Assembly: GCA_046536595.1 (NCBI GenBank)
Contig: JAWDMM010000003.1
Location: forward strand, 1,836 to 65,835
Source of the DNA: Nitrososphaeria archaeon
Lineage (GTDB): Archaea > Thermoproteota > Nitrososphaeria > Conexivisphaerales > UBA164
Reading direction: 5' to 3'
Length of the DNA stretch: 64,000 nt
Shown: positions 1 to 9,118 of the stretch, in pieces
How positions within the stretch are numbered: position 1 is the stretch's first letter
Layout of the letters: each line of letters begins with the position of its first letter
Program-made: the position numbers and the translations under genes
The notes under the pieces: generated by a model
Databases searched by the model: none
Seen by the model: the letters and a program-made list of their open reading frames with translations, nothing else
Told to the model about the DNA's origin: nothing

Positions 1-231
1 AGCAGCGGGGGTGAAAGGGTGCACGATCCTGCGTTGTTGAGAAAGGGACTTAAGAGGACAGGACTTTCTGCAAAGGGCTTTAAGTACCATTTGGAAGTTT
101 ACAACTACGGCATGCCCCCTCACGGCGGTTTTGGGCTTGGAGTTGATAGATTCATGATGGTCGTTACCGGAGCAGAAAACATAAGAGAAGTTGTGCTGTA
201 TCCAAGAGATGTAAGGAGGCTGGTACCATGA
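1..231 (+). CDS. aspS: Aspartyl-tRNA synthetase (likely non-discriminating), C-terminal fragment; 5' end lies outside the window
   Basis: Frame open from base 1 (SSGGERVHD). Class II motif 3 GMPPHGGFGLGVDR and C-terminal NIREVVLYPRD. Directly upstream of gatCAB. Confidence 0.93.
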   Translation, partial: SSGGERVHDPALLRKGLKRTGLSAKGFKYHLEVYNYGMPPHGGFGLGVDRFMMVVTGAENIREVVLYPRDVRRLVP

Positions 232-494
232 GGTACTCAATAAACAAGTTATCAAAGTTATCCATGTTAAAGATATCAAAAGAAGAAGAAAGGATGATAG
301 CAAAAAAGGTTCAGGCATTAGGGGAATTACTTGAGAAACTGGATACAGTAGAGCCCCCTAAAGAGGCTTTTGTGCTGGCTCCTGAAGGCGAGCACAAAAG
401 AGATGACGTCCCCGTGCAGTTCGATTCTGACGATATAATAAAGGTTTTCAACAACGTAAAGGAAAGGTACTTAAAGGGTCCAAAGACATTATGA
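228..494 (+). CDS. gatC: Asp/Glu-tRNA amidotransferase subunit C
   Basis: 88 aa between aspS and gatA. N-terminal 'KLSKLSMLKISKEE' and C-terminal 'YLKGPK' are GatC-like. Confidence 0.85.
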   Translation: MRYSINKLSKLSMLKISKEEERMIAKKVQALGELLEKLDTVEPPKEAFVLAPEGEHKRDDVPVQFDSDDIIKVFNNVKERYLKGPKTL

Positions 495-1885
495 ACCTGG
501 AAGGTTACACTCTGCAGCTTATTTTAAAGGAAATAGAGAACGGTAGCCTGAGTCCCGAAGATATAAACGAGTTCTACTATAAAAGGTCTGTTGATCTTAA
601 CAGAGTTCTTAACGCATACATAACGTTGCTAGAGCCAAAGAAGTCAAGAGCAGAAGGGGATCTAAAGGGCATCGCAATCGCAATAAAGGACAACATATCT
701 ACAAAAGGGGTTAGGACCACATGCGCTTCCAAAATGCTTGAAAATTATATACCACCTTATGATGCAACCGCTGTTTCCAGTCTAAAAAAACACGGTGGGA
801 GCTTGCTGGGCAAGACAAATATGGACGAATTTGCCATGGGTAGCTCCGGAGAAAACAGCGCCTTTGGCCCAACTAGAAACCCGTTAAACAGAGAATACGT
901 AACTGGAGGTTCTAGCAGCGGGAGCGCAGCAGCAGTTGCTGCCGATATGGCACCCATAGCTCTCGGTTCAGATACAGGCGGCTCTGTCAGAGCTCCTGCC
1001 AGCTTTACAGGCATAGTTGGCTTTAAACCATCATATGGTGCAATCTCAAGGTATGGACTAATAGCTTACGCTAACAGCTTAGAAGTCATAGGAATTTTAG
1101 GAAAAAGCGTGGATGATGTAAACATTCTGTTTAAAATGATAGCCGGAAAAGACCCGATGGATTCCACATCTGTAAACGTAGAGCTCAAGGAGAAGAACAT
1201 ATCAAAACCCAAGATTCTTGTGATAAAAAGTTTTGTCGAGCTATCTGCTGACGAAGTTAAAAAAGAATTTTACAGCTCTATTGGAAAGTTAGAAAGCGCC
1301 GGTTTTGAAATAAACTATGCAGACAAATTCAGTTTGACAGATTATATGCTGAGCGCTTATTATACGATAGCCTGTGCTGAAGCAAGCACAAACCTGTCAA
1401 GGTATGACGGGATCAGGTATGGCCCCAAGGTTGAGTCTGCTAGCAACTGGAGAGATTATATCAGCAGGGCAAGGTCTTTCTTTGGTCCAGAAGTCAAGGC
1501 TAGAATAATGATGGGTACATTTATACTTTCAGCGGGTTACTATGAAACCTATTACCTTAGGGCGCTTCAGCTAAGAAAGATAATAAAACAGGAATTCGAA
1601 AAAATCATCAGCAACTATGATGCAGTTTATGTTCCAACAATGCCAGTTCTTCCTTGGAGGATAGGAAACGCAATAGAAGATCCCAAAATAGCTTACGCAG
1701 CGGACGTGCTCACGGTCTTGCCCAACCTTACCGGTTCTCCTGCAATATCGCTTCCTGTTGGCAAAGTCAGGGAATTCTTTGTGGGTGGTCAGTTCATTGG
1801 TTTGAAGAATGAAGATATGAAATTGTTGAAGGTTGCCGAAATTGCAGAAAAAGTTCTGCAGGTGAAGAGAAGTGGAAGAAATTAA
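491..1885 (+). CDS. gatA: Asp/Glu-tRNA amidotransferase subunit A
   Basis: Amidase signature GGSSSGSAAAVA, GSDTGGSVRAPA, KTNMDEFAMGSS. Confidence 0.97.
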   Translation: MNLEGYTLQLILKEIENGSLSPEDINEFYYKRSVDLNRVLNAYITLLEPKKSRAEGDLKGIAIAIKDNISTKGVRTTCASKMLENYIPPYDATAVSSLKKHGGSLLGKTNMDEFAMGSSGENSAFGPTRNPLNREYVTGGSSSGSAAAVAADMAPIALGSDTGGSVRAPASFTGIVGFKPSYGAISRYGLIAYANSLEVIGILGKSVDDVNILFKMIAGKDPMDSTSVNVELKEKNISKPKILVIKSFVELSADEVKKEFYSSIGKLESAGFEINYADKFSLTDYMLSAYYTIACAEASTNLSRYDGIRYGPKVESASNWRDYISRARSFFGPEVKARIMMGTFILSAGYYETYYLRALQLRKIIKQEFEKIISNYDAVYVPTMPVLPWRIGNAIEDPKIAYAADVLTVLPNLTGSPAISLPVGKVREFFVGGQFIGLKNEDMKLLKVAEIAEKVLQVKRSGRN

Positions 1886-3263
1886 GGTCGGTTTAGAGGT
1901 TCACGTTCAGCTCGTTACGTTAAGGACAAAACTTTTCTGTTCATGCTCTTCTGATTACAGGGGTAAACCGCCAAACGTAAACATATGTCCGGTGTGTACC
2001 GGGCTTCCTGGTTCAATGCCGACGCTTAACAGAAAAGCTGTAGAAGAAGCGCTTAAAGTTGTGCTGATGCTTAACGCCAAGCCTTATGAAACTTCATACT
2101 TTTTCAGGAAAACTTACTTTTACCCTGACTTGCCTAAAAACTTTCAGATAACCCAGTATGATAAAGCAGGGGGTTATCCTCTGGCTCACGACGGTTCTCT
2201 AAAGCTAAGCAACGGAAAAACAGTAAGGATAGAAAGGATTCACCTTGAGGAAGATCCAGGAAGGATATACTATGAGGGATCCAGAGCAACGGCCAGGTAT
2301 TCTCTTATAGATTATAACAGATCCGGAATCGCTCTTATAGAAATAGTCACAGCTCCCGACATGTCATCTCCTGAGGAAGCGAGAGATTTTGTAGAAAGGT
2401 TGACTACGATACTTTCTGACGTTGGCATCAACGTAAAAGATTATGAGGGAGCCCTCAGGGTTGACGTTAACGTTTCTTATGCCGGTGGGGAAAGGGTCGA
2501 AGTGAAAAACGTAACTGGAGCAGCTTCTGTTGAAAAAGCGATCGTCTATGAAATGTTCAGACAGAAAACTATGTACGAAAAGGGAATAAAAGTGGTCAGG
2601 GAAACAAGGGCCTGGGATGAAAAAAGAAGGATAACCATAGCAAGCAGGGGGAAAGAGTTTGAAGCCGAATACAGGTACATGCCAGAACCAGATCTTCCTC
2701 CTGTAACAGTAACCGAATCTCTGGTGCAGAAGGTTAAGGACGAAATAGGAGGTTCACAGGAAGATAGATACAGGGAACTCATAAACGACGGCATAAACGA
2801 AGAACTCGCAAAAAAGATAAGTTCAGATAAGGACCTTTTTAACATCTATGAAAAAATAAAATTTTATGAACCATCGCTTAAACAGTTGGCTGCCAACGTT
2901 CTTGCAAACGAAATATCTTACCTTAAAAAGAGGTATTCAATAAAAACCCTGCCTGAAGATGTTTCAGGGCTTGCAGAGATACTTCAGAACTACAGAGTGA
3001 TACCCGATCATGAAAGCGTTGTGGCTTACCTTAAAAAATGGATGGAGGGAGAAAAAGTAAAGGTTTCCTTAAAGACCGTTTCTGCTGAAAACCTGCATGA
3101 TGACATAATGCAAATAATTTCAGAAAACTATGAAAAAATCAAAAACCTTGAATACAATAAAAAGTTTGAGTTCCTTATGGGAATCCTTATAAAAAAGTTC
3201 GGAAAGGATAACAAAAAGATTCTTGTTGAAGAGTTGACCAAGGTTCTGAACAAAACCAAATGA
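1872..3263 (+). CDS. gatB: Asp/Glu-tRNA amidotransferase subunit B
   Basis: GLEVHVQL, KLFCSC, CPVCTGLPG, YFYPDLPK, YRYMPEPDL motifs. Confidence 0.97.
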   Translation: MEEIKVGLEVHVQLVTLRTKLFCSCSSDYRGKPPNVNICPVCTGLPGSMPTLNRKAVEEALKVVLMLNAKPYETSYFFRKTYFYPDLPKNFQITQYDKAGGYPLAHDGSLKLSNGKTVRIERIHLEEDPGRIYYEGSRATARYSLIDYNRSGIALIEIVTAPDMSSPEEARDFVERLTTILSDVGINVKDYEGALRVDVNVSYAGGERVEVKNVTGAASVEKAIVYEMFRQKTMYEKGIKVVRETRAWDEKRRITIASRGKEFEAEYRYMPEPDLPPVTVTESLVQKVKDEIGGSQEDRYRELINDGINEELAKKISSDKDLFNIYEKIKFYEPSLKQLAANVLANEISYLKKRYSIKTLPEDVSGLAEILQNYRVIPDHESVVAYLKKWMEGEKVKVSLKTVSAENLHDDIMQIISENYEKIKNLEYNKKFEFLMGILIKKFGKDNKKILVEELTKVLNKTK

Positions 3264-4087
3264 AAGTCTCAGACATTCTGCCGCTTCCTGGGGTAAGCAT
3301 CACATACGAAGATTTTGTGATGCATATATCTAGACTGAGAAGCTTTAAGTATAATACAGTTGAAAGAGCAAAAGCTGGTAAGTGTTATGTTATCGGGGAT
3401 ATTCACGGCGACGTTGTTACATTTCAGAAGATCCTTGAAAAAATAGGAGAAATAGGGAGCGATGAAATGCTGATAACTCTTGGAGATTATGGAGACAGAG
3501 GGATGTATCAGGCTGAAACATGGCTTGGAGTTTCTTACCTCAAACAGGTCTTAAACGATAAATACGTTCCTTTAAGAGGGAATCACGAGCCAGACTTAAA
3601 TTCAATACCTTATCCTCATGACATACAGCATCAGCTTAAAGAAAAGTTTGGAGAAGAGAGAGGAGAATTTGCATACAGAGAGCTCTTTAACACTTTTCAG
3701 GTTTTGCCCCTTGTTTTTGAGGAGGAATCGTTCATAGCTATGCACGGTGGCTTTCCAGTAGAAGTTTTTAACCTTAACAATGAAGAAAAAGTAAGAAAAG
3801 CAATGTATGAAATACTTTGGAACGATCCCTTTGAAGGGCTTGGGTTTGTTGAATCACCTCGGGGTCTTGGATTTCTCTTCGGTAAAGATATATCAGAAAG
3901 GTGGCTTTCCTTAAACGGGAAAAATTTTTTGATAAGGGGTCATGAAGCTGTTGAAGGTTATAAGTTCAACCACGACGGTCTGGTCATAACAGTTTTTTCA
4001 AGGATAGGTGCACCGTACTTCAACAGGACCGCCGCCTTTGCCATTATTGAATCGGGAAAAGTATCTTTTGAAACCGTAAAACAATAA
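3260..4087 (+). CDS. PPP-family Ser/Thr protein phosphatase (metallophosphoesterase)
   Basis: GDIHG, GDYGDRG, RGNHE, MHGG, LWNDP, RGHE motifs. ATGA overlap with the gatB stop. Confidence 0.9.
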   Translation: MKVSDILPLPGVSITYEDFVMHISRLRSFKYNTVERAKAGKCYVIGDIHGDVVTFQKILEKIGEIGSDEMLITLGDYGDRGMYQAETWLGVSYLKQVLNDKYVPLRGNHEPDLNSIPYPHDIQHQLKEKFGEERGEFAYRELFNTFQVLPLVFEEESFIAMHGGFPVEVFNLNNEEKVRKAMYEILWNDPFEGLGFVESPRGLGFLFGKDISERWLSLNGKNFLIRGHEAVEGYKFNHDGLVITVFSRIGAPYFNRTAAFAIIESGKVSFETVKQ

Positions 4088-4135
4088 ATAAGCAAAAGTT
4101 ATTTATAACCTGATTTTAATACTCATAGTGATTTT

Positions 4136-4777
4136 ATGTTGAGTAACAATCTTCCTATAACTAAAACTGGCACAACAACTATCGGGTTTATTGTAAAGGA
4201 TGCTGTAATAATGGCCACAGATGCAAGGGTTACTTCGGGTTATTTTGTGGCCAATACATTAGGAAGAAAGCTATACCAGCTTGATGATCACGTTGCAATG
4301 ACCATAGCTGGAACAGTAGCTGATGCTCAAAACGTAATCGATGTATTAAAGTATCACGCGAGGATGTACAAAGTAGAAAGAGGTCGTCCTATCCCTGTAT
4401 CAGCCATAGCAAGGCTTGCCGCAAACGTTTTCTTTTACAACAGAATGTACCCGTTACAAGTTGAATCCCTGATAGGAGGGTATGATGAAAAGGGACCCAA
4501 TCTGTTCATGGTGGACCTTTTTGGATCTCTTTCTCAGGAAGAAATGGCCGCCACGGGAAGCGGGTCACCTATAGCGCTGGGAGTTCTTGAAGATCTTTAT
4601 AATAAAGACATCAAACTCGATGATGGAATAAAACTGGCTGCCCTCGCCATAACGTCTGCTATGAGGCGTGACATAGCTACTGGGAACGACTTTAACATAG
4701 GCATTATTGACGCAAAAGGTTACAGGGAGCTTTCAAAGGAAGAAAAAGAATCGCTTCTTAAAAATTTAAAGATATAA
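4136..4777 (+). CDS. psmB: Proteasome beta subunit
   Basis: Short propeptide, then TGTTTIG (catalytic Thr). ATGSGS motif. Confidence 0.96.
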   Translation: MLSNNLPITKTGTTTIGFIVKDAVIMATDARVTSGYFVANTLGRKLYQLDDHVAMTIAGTVADAQNVIDVLKYHARMYKVERGRPIPVSAIARLAANVFFYNRMYPLQVESLIGGYDEKGPNLFMVDLFGSLSQEEMAATGSGSPIALGVLEDLYNKDIKLDDGIKLAALAITSAMRRDIATGNDFNIGIIDAKGYRELSKEEKESLLKNLKI

Positions 4778-4778
4778 A

Positions 4779-6701
4779 ATGGGTATAGAAGAAGGAAAGC
4801 TTTCATCGGTTATATCGGAAATTTTTCAGAGGCTTCCTCCTGAATCTCAGGTAAGCAGGATAGAGTTTGAAGGACCAAAGATAGCTCTTTACACAAAAAA
4901 TTTAAAGTTCTTTATACAAAATCCAACAGTAATACCTAGCATAGTCAGCGCTATAAAAAAGCACGTTGTCGTAAAAGCTGATGAAAGCGAAAGAAAAGAA
5001 GAAGAGGAGGCCAGGGCTGAAATTTCAAGGCTTATACCGAAAGAAGCAGGGGTCAGCGGGATAATATTTGACGGGATACAGGGCGAAATACTCATCGAAG
5101 TTAAAGATCCATCGCTCCTCGAAGGAGAAGTAAAATCAAAGATAGACGAGGTTGCACAAGAAATAGGCTGGAAGGTAAAGGTAAGGAGGGTTATATATCA
5201 TAACCCCCAGACTTACGAATTTTTGGTGCACACTTTAAAGACAAACGAGGAAGAAAGGTTGCTTTTGCTCAGAGAAATAGGTAACAGGATATTCAGAGAC
5301 AGAATAATATCAAAAAAAGACATAATGATTACCTTACTGGGAGGAGCTGACGAAGTTGGAAGGTCTTCAATCCTTGTGACAACGCCTGAGTCAAAGATAA
5401 TGCTTGACTGCGGAGTAAACCTTGGAGTTTCTTCAATGGCTGACATGTTTCCAAGGCTTGACCTGATAAATTTATTGTTAGAAGACCTAGATGCTGTAGT
5501 GCTCTCGCACGCACATCTGGACCACTCTGGTTTTATACCGGTGCTGTTCAAATACGGGTACGAAGGGCCCGTGTACTGCACAGAACCAACTCTTACGTTG
5601 ACCACACTGCTTTTGACCGACGCGCTCAAGGTTGCTGAAGCTGAAGGCAAGAAGCTATACTACGATATGTCTCACGTTAAAGATTTCATAAAACACTGCA
5701 TAACTTTACCATACAGCTCCGTAACAGACATAGCACCTGATGTAAAGCTAACCTTAACCAACGCAGGGCACATTTTAGGCTCTGCAACAATACACCTGCA
5801 CATAGGTCAGGGCCTTTTCAACCTGGTTTATACTGGGGATTATAAATTTGGCAGATCCAGGCTTTTCCAGCCTGCCAACTATATTTATCCAAGAGTAGAA
5901 GTTCTCATAACTGAGTCCACATACGGAGGAAAAGACGATATAATGCCTGCAAGGGAAGAAGCTGAGGACAAGCTGATAAACGCCATAAACGAAACCATCA
6001 ATCAGGGTGGCAAAGTTCTAATACCGGTCCCTGCAGTAGGAAGAGCGCAGGAAATACTTCTTGTACTGAACGATTACATAAGCCAGAAGAAGCTGGCAGA
6101 AGTTCCAGTATACATAGAAGGAATGCTTACAGAAGCTACAAGCATACACCTCCTTTATCCAGAATTTCTTAACAAAGAAATAAAGGATAAGATAATTTTC
6201 CAGGGAGAAAACCCATTTATAACAGAAAGGTACACGATAATAAATCATCCCAAGGACAGGGAGGAAGTTTTTACGGGCGGGCCGTCCATAATACTCGCGA
6301 CATCAGGGATGCTTGAGGGAGGTCCATCGGTCGCTTATTTTTCTGAACTTGCAGAAGATCCACGTAACAAGGTGATTTTTGTGTCATATCAGGTTTCTGG
6401 AACAATGGGAAGAAGGGTTCTGGACGGTTCAAAGCAGATTAATATATTGGACTCTAACGGCAAGATAAAGGTCATCAACGTCAACCTTAAGGTTGAAAAG
6501 ATAGACGGGTTCAGCGGTCACTCTGATTATAACCAGCTTTTGAATTATATATCAAAGTTCAAGAACAAGGTTCAAAGAATAATAGTGGTGCACGGTGAAG
6601 ACACAAAAGCAAGAAACCTTAACGAATCCATAAACAGAATAATATTCAGGAAAAACATATCTGAAGTTCCTAAAGTTGGAGAAACCATTAAATTATACTG
6701 A
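4779..6701 (+). CDS. Beta-CASP ribonuclease aCPSF1 (N-terminal KH domains)
   Basis: KH region EFEGPKIALY, GGADEVGRS, SHAHLDHSG, AGHILGS, GFSGHSD. Conserved position after psmB. Confidence 0.95.
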   Translation: MGIEEGKLSSVISEIFQRLPPESQVSRIEFEGPKIALYTKNLKFFIQNPTVIPSIVSAIKKHVVVKADESERKEEEEARAEISRLIPKEAGVSGIIFDGIQGEILIEVKDPSLLEGEVKSKIDEVAQEIGWKVKVRRVIYHNPQTYEFLVHTLKTNEEERLLLLREIGNRIFRDRIISKKDIMITLLGGADEVGRSSILVTTPESKIMLDCGVNLGVSSMADMFPRLDLINLLLEDLDAVVLSHAHLDHSGFIPVLFKYGYEGPVYCTEPTLTLTTLLLTDALKVAEAEGKKLYYDMSHVKDFIKHCITLPYSSVTDIAPDVKLTLTNAGHILGSATIHLHIGQGLFNLVYTGDYKFGRSRLFQPANYIYPRVEVLITESTYGGKDDIMPAREEAEDKLINAINETINQGGKVLIPVPAVGRAQEILLVLNDYISQKKLAEVPVYIEGMLTEATSIHLLYPEFLNKEIKDKIIFQGENPFITERYTIINHPKDREEVFTGGPSIILATSGMLEGGPSVAYFSELAEDPRNKVIFVSYQVSGTMGRRVLDGSKQINILDSNGKIKVINVNLKVEKIDGFSGHSDYNQLLNYISKFKNKVQRIIVVHGEDTKARNLNESINRIIFRKNISEVPKVGETIKLY

Positions 6702-6746
6702 CTCCTTTTAATAATCAGCGTTGATTATTAAAGGTGGAAATACCAC

Positions 6747-7820
6747 ATGGATATAGTAAACGGGTTTTCGCCGCCATACGTTTACCTTCCACTCATAGGT
6801 TCAAAAAAGCTGCTGATTGGTCCTAGCCTTGTAAACCCTGATGTGCTGAACGTTTACACAGACCCCAAGTACTGGATCAGGCTTACATCAAGGCAGGTGC
6901 TTTACATAAGAAAAGCCGGGAAAGGAATTTTCAAGCCGGCCGACCCTAGCAGGGACATAAACGAAAGCTCCATATCAAGGTTAAGGGAAATAAGCCTCTA
7001 CAGCGGCAACGTAGAAGTTGAGCTTGAATATGTCAAGAGCAGGTCAAACATCATTTTTGACCCTTACGAAGGCGTAACTTTAAGTGGTGGTGAGCTCGGT
7101 CGTATAATACATTATTCAGGGGGCGTTGCTGACAGAAGGATTGAAAAGGCTTATGGAGACAGAGACCTTTTGGCCAAAGACGCCGTTTTATACCTGCATA
7201 ACAGCGGTATAAGCGTTTACAAGATACAGCAGCTTCTTAGCGTAGGTGCCCTCGGTTCTAAAAGAAAGCTTGTCGCAACAAGATGGTCAATAACTGCTGT
7301 GGATTCGATTATTTCTTCAAAGCTCATAGATGAGATAAAAAACTATCCAGAGTTAAACGAATACTATCTTGGAGAAAGCTATGCTGTCGGGAACAGGATC
7401 ATAGTAATGATGTTTCCGGGGAAATTTTATTATGAAATGATGGAAAGCTGGGGACCGTTTTTCGGTAACAGGAACCCAAATGTCGCTATGGATTATGAGG
7501 GGTTTTTAGGCAGAACAAATTATGCTGAAGAAGTTGAAGGCGCTTATTACGCAGCAAGATACAGCGTTGCCAGACATCTGCAGAAAATAAAGAGACAGGC
7601 AAAGATAGTTGTTCTTTTAGAAGTTGACAGGAACTGGATCCCGAATCTCGGCGTATGGAGGGTTAGAGAGGGCACAGAAATAGCGCTTAAAAATCTCAAA
7701 AAATTTGAAGACGAAAACGCTATGATCGATTATGCTTTTTCTAAAACTTATACTTCAAAAAAGAGCTGGCTGAGCAGTTCTTTCTTCTTAAGGCAGAAAA
7801 CTCTCGAAAGCTTCTTCTAA
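6747..7820 (+). CDS. Nre-family PCNA-interacting DNA repair protein
   Basis: SPPYVY, LVATRWSITAVD, GAYYAAR, LGVWRVRE and a C-terminal PIP box RQKTLESFF. Confidence 0.88.
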   Translation: MDIVNGFSPPYVYLPLIGSKKLLIGPSLVNPDVLNVYTDPKYWIRLTSRQVLYIRKAGKGIFKPADPSRDINESSISRLREISLYSGNVEVELEYVKSRSNIIFDPYEGVTLSGGELGRIIHYSGGVADRRIEKAYGDRDLLAKDAVLYLHNSGISVYKIQQLLSVGALGSKRKLVATRWSITAVDSIISSKLIDEIKNYPELNEYYLGESYAVGNRIIVMMFPGKFYYEMMESWGPFFGNRNPNVAMDYEGFLGRTNYAEEVEGAYYAARYSVARHLQKIKRQAKIVVLLEVDRNWIPNLGVWRVREGTEIALKNLKKFEDENAMIDYAFSKTYTSKKSWLSSSFFLRQKTLESFF

Positions 7821-7864
7821 ACCTGGGCTAAACGCTTTTATTAGAAGGTTATAAATCTGATTGT

Positions 7865-9118
7865 ATGGAAAAAATACAAGAATTTTCCAGGATAAAGTTC
7901 AGGATTAAGGATGCTGTTTATGAAGGCATAGTCATGCCTCGAACTCTTTATGAAGATGAGGATCACTTTACCGTTAAGCTGAACAATGGCTATAACATAG
8001 GAGTGGAAAAAGGCAAGATAGAAATTTTAGAAATTGAACCCCCAAAGGTTTCTTCAGAACAGCCGTATGAAAAGGGTTTTGAATCGACTGGACCTAAAAT
8101 ACTCATACTGGGAACAGGCGGAACGATTTCGAGCAAAGTAGATTACAGGACAGGCGCTGTCAAGCCGGCCTTTACCGCATCTCAGATAGTTGACATGGTT
8201 CCCGAGCTGAAGAACCTCGCTTCGATTAGCGTAAAGACGATAATGAACGAGCTCAGCGAAAACATGCAGCCTTCAAACTGGACACTGATGGCAAGGGAGG
8301 TTTATAATGCCTTTAAAGACGGTTATGAAGGGGTAGTGATAGCTCACGGTACTGACACTATGCATTATTCGGCATCAGCTCTCTCGTTTGCTATAGAAAA
8401 TCCATCAGGTCCTGTAGTATTCGTTGGTTCTCAGAGGTCATCTGATCGTCCTTCTTCAGATGCAGCAACAAACCTGCTCGGGGCCGCAATTTTTGCCGCA
8501 AAAAGCCACAGTCCGGGGGTTTATGTAGCGATGCACGCCTCGATGGATGATGACATTATTGCCATTCACAAGGGGGTAAAAGTAAGGAAAAATCATACCA
8601 GCAGAAGGGATGCTTTTAAATCTATAAACGCGAAGCCCTTTGCTCACGTAGACGTAAAAAATTTACAGATAAAGTTTAGCGAGAAAAAAACTGAAGTGGA
8701 AGAACCAATGAACATTTATGAAAAGTTTTCTGAAAGAGCAGCACTGTTAAAGTTCTATCCCGGAATAAGCGAGAAACTGCTTTCTTCAATCTTTAATAAA
8801 GAATTGTTTGATGCAATAATTATAGAGGGCACTGGTCTCGGGCATGTATCAAGGAAAGCGTTTCCTTACATAAAGGATTACATAAATAAAGGGGGGTTTG
8901 TAGGCATGACATCTCAGTGCATCTGGGGTTCTGTGAGGCTTACTGTCTATGAAACAGGTAGAGACCTGCTCTCAATGGGCGTAATTCCGCTTGAAGACAT
9001 GCTGTCAGAAGTTGCGCTCGTCAAATCGATGTGGGTAATAGGAAATGGTTTAGATCTGAAAGCAACAATGCCTAAAAATTTGAGGGGAGAAATCAGTGAA
9101 AGGAGGGAAGCTTTATGA
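7865..9118 (+). CDS. gatD: Glu-tRNA(Gln) amidotransferase subunit D
   Basis: Asparaginase-like TGGTISS, HGTDTM, GSQRSSDRPSSD. N-terminal NNGYNIG domain. Confidence 0.97.
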   Translation: MEKIQEFSRIKFRIKDAVYEGIVMPRTLYEDEDHFTVKLNNGYNIGVEKGKIEILEIEPPKVSSEQPYEKGFESTGPKILILGTGGTISSKVDYRTGAVKPAFTASQIVDMVPELKNLASISVKTIMNELSENMQPSNWTLMAREVYNAFKDGYEGVVIAHGTDTMHYSASALSFAIENPSGPVVFVGSQRSSDRPSSDAATNLLGAAIFAAKSHSPGVYVAMHASMDDDIIAIHKGVKVRKNHTSRRDAFKSINAKPFAHVDVKNLQIKFSEKKTEVEEPMNIYEKFSERAALLKFYPGISEKLLSSIFNKELFDAIIIEGTGLGHVSRKAFPYIKDYINKGGFVGMTSQCIWGSVRLTVYETGRDLLSMGVIPLEDMLSEVALVKSMWVIGNGLDLKATMPKNLRGEISERREAL

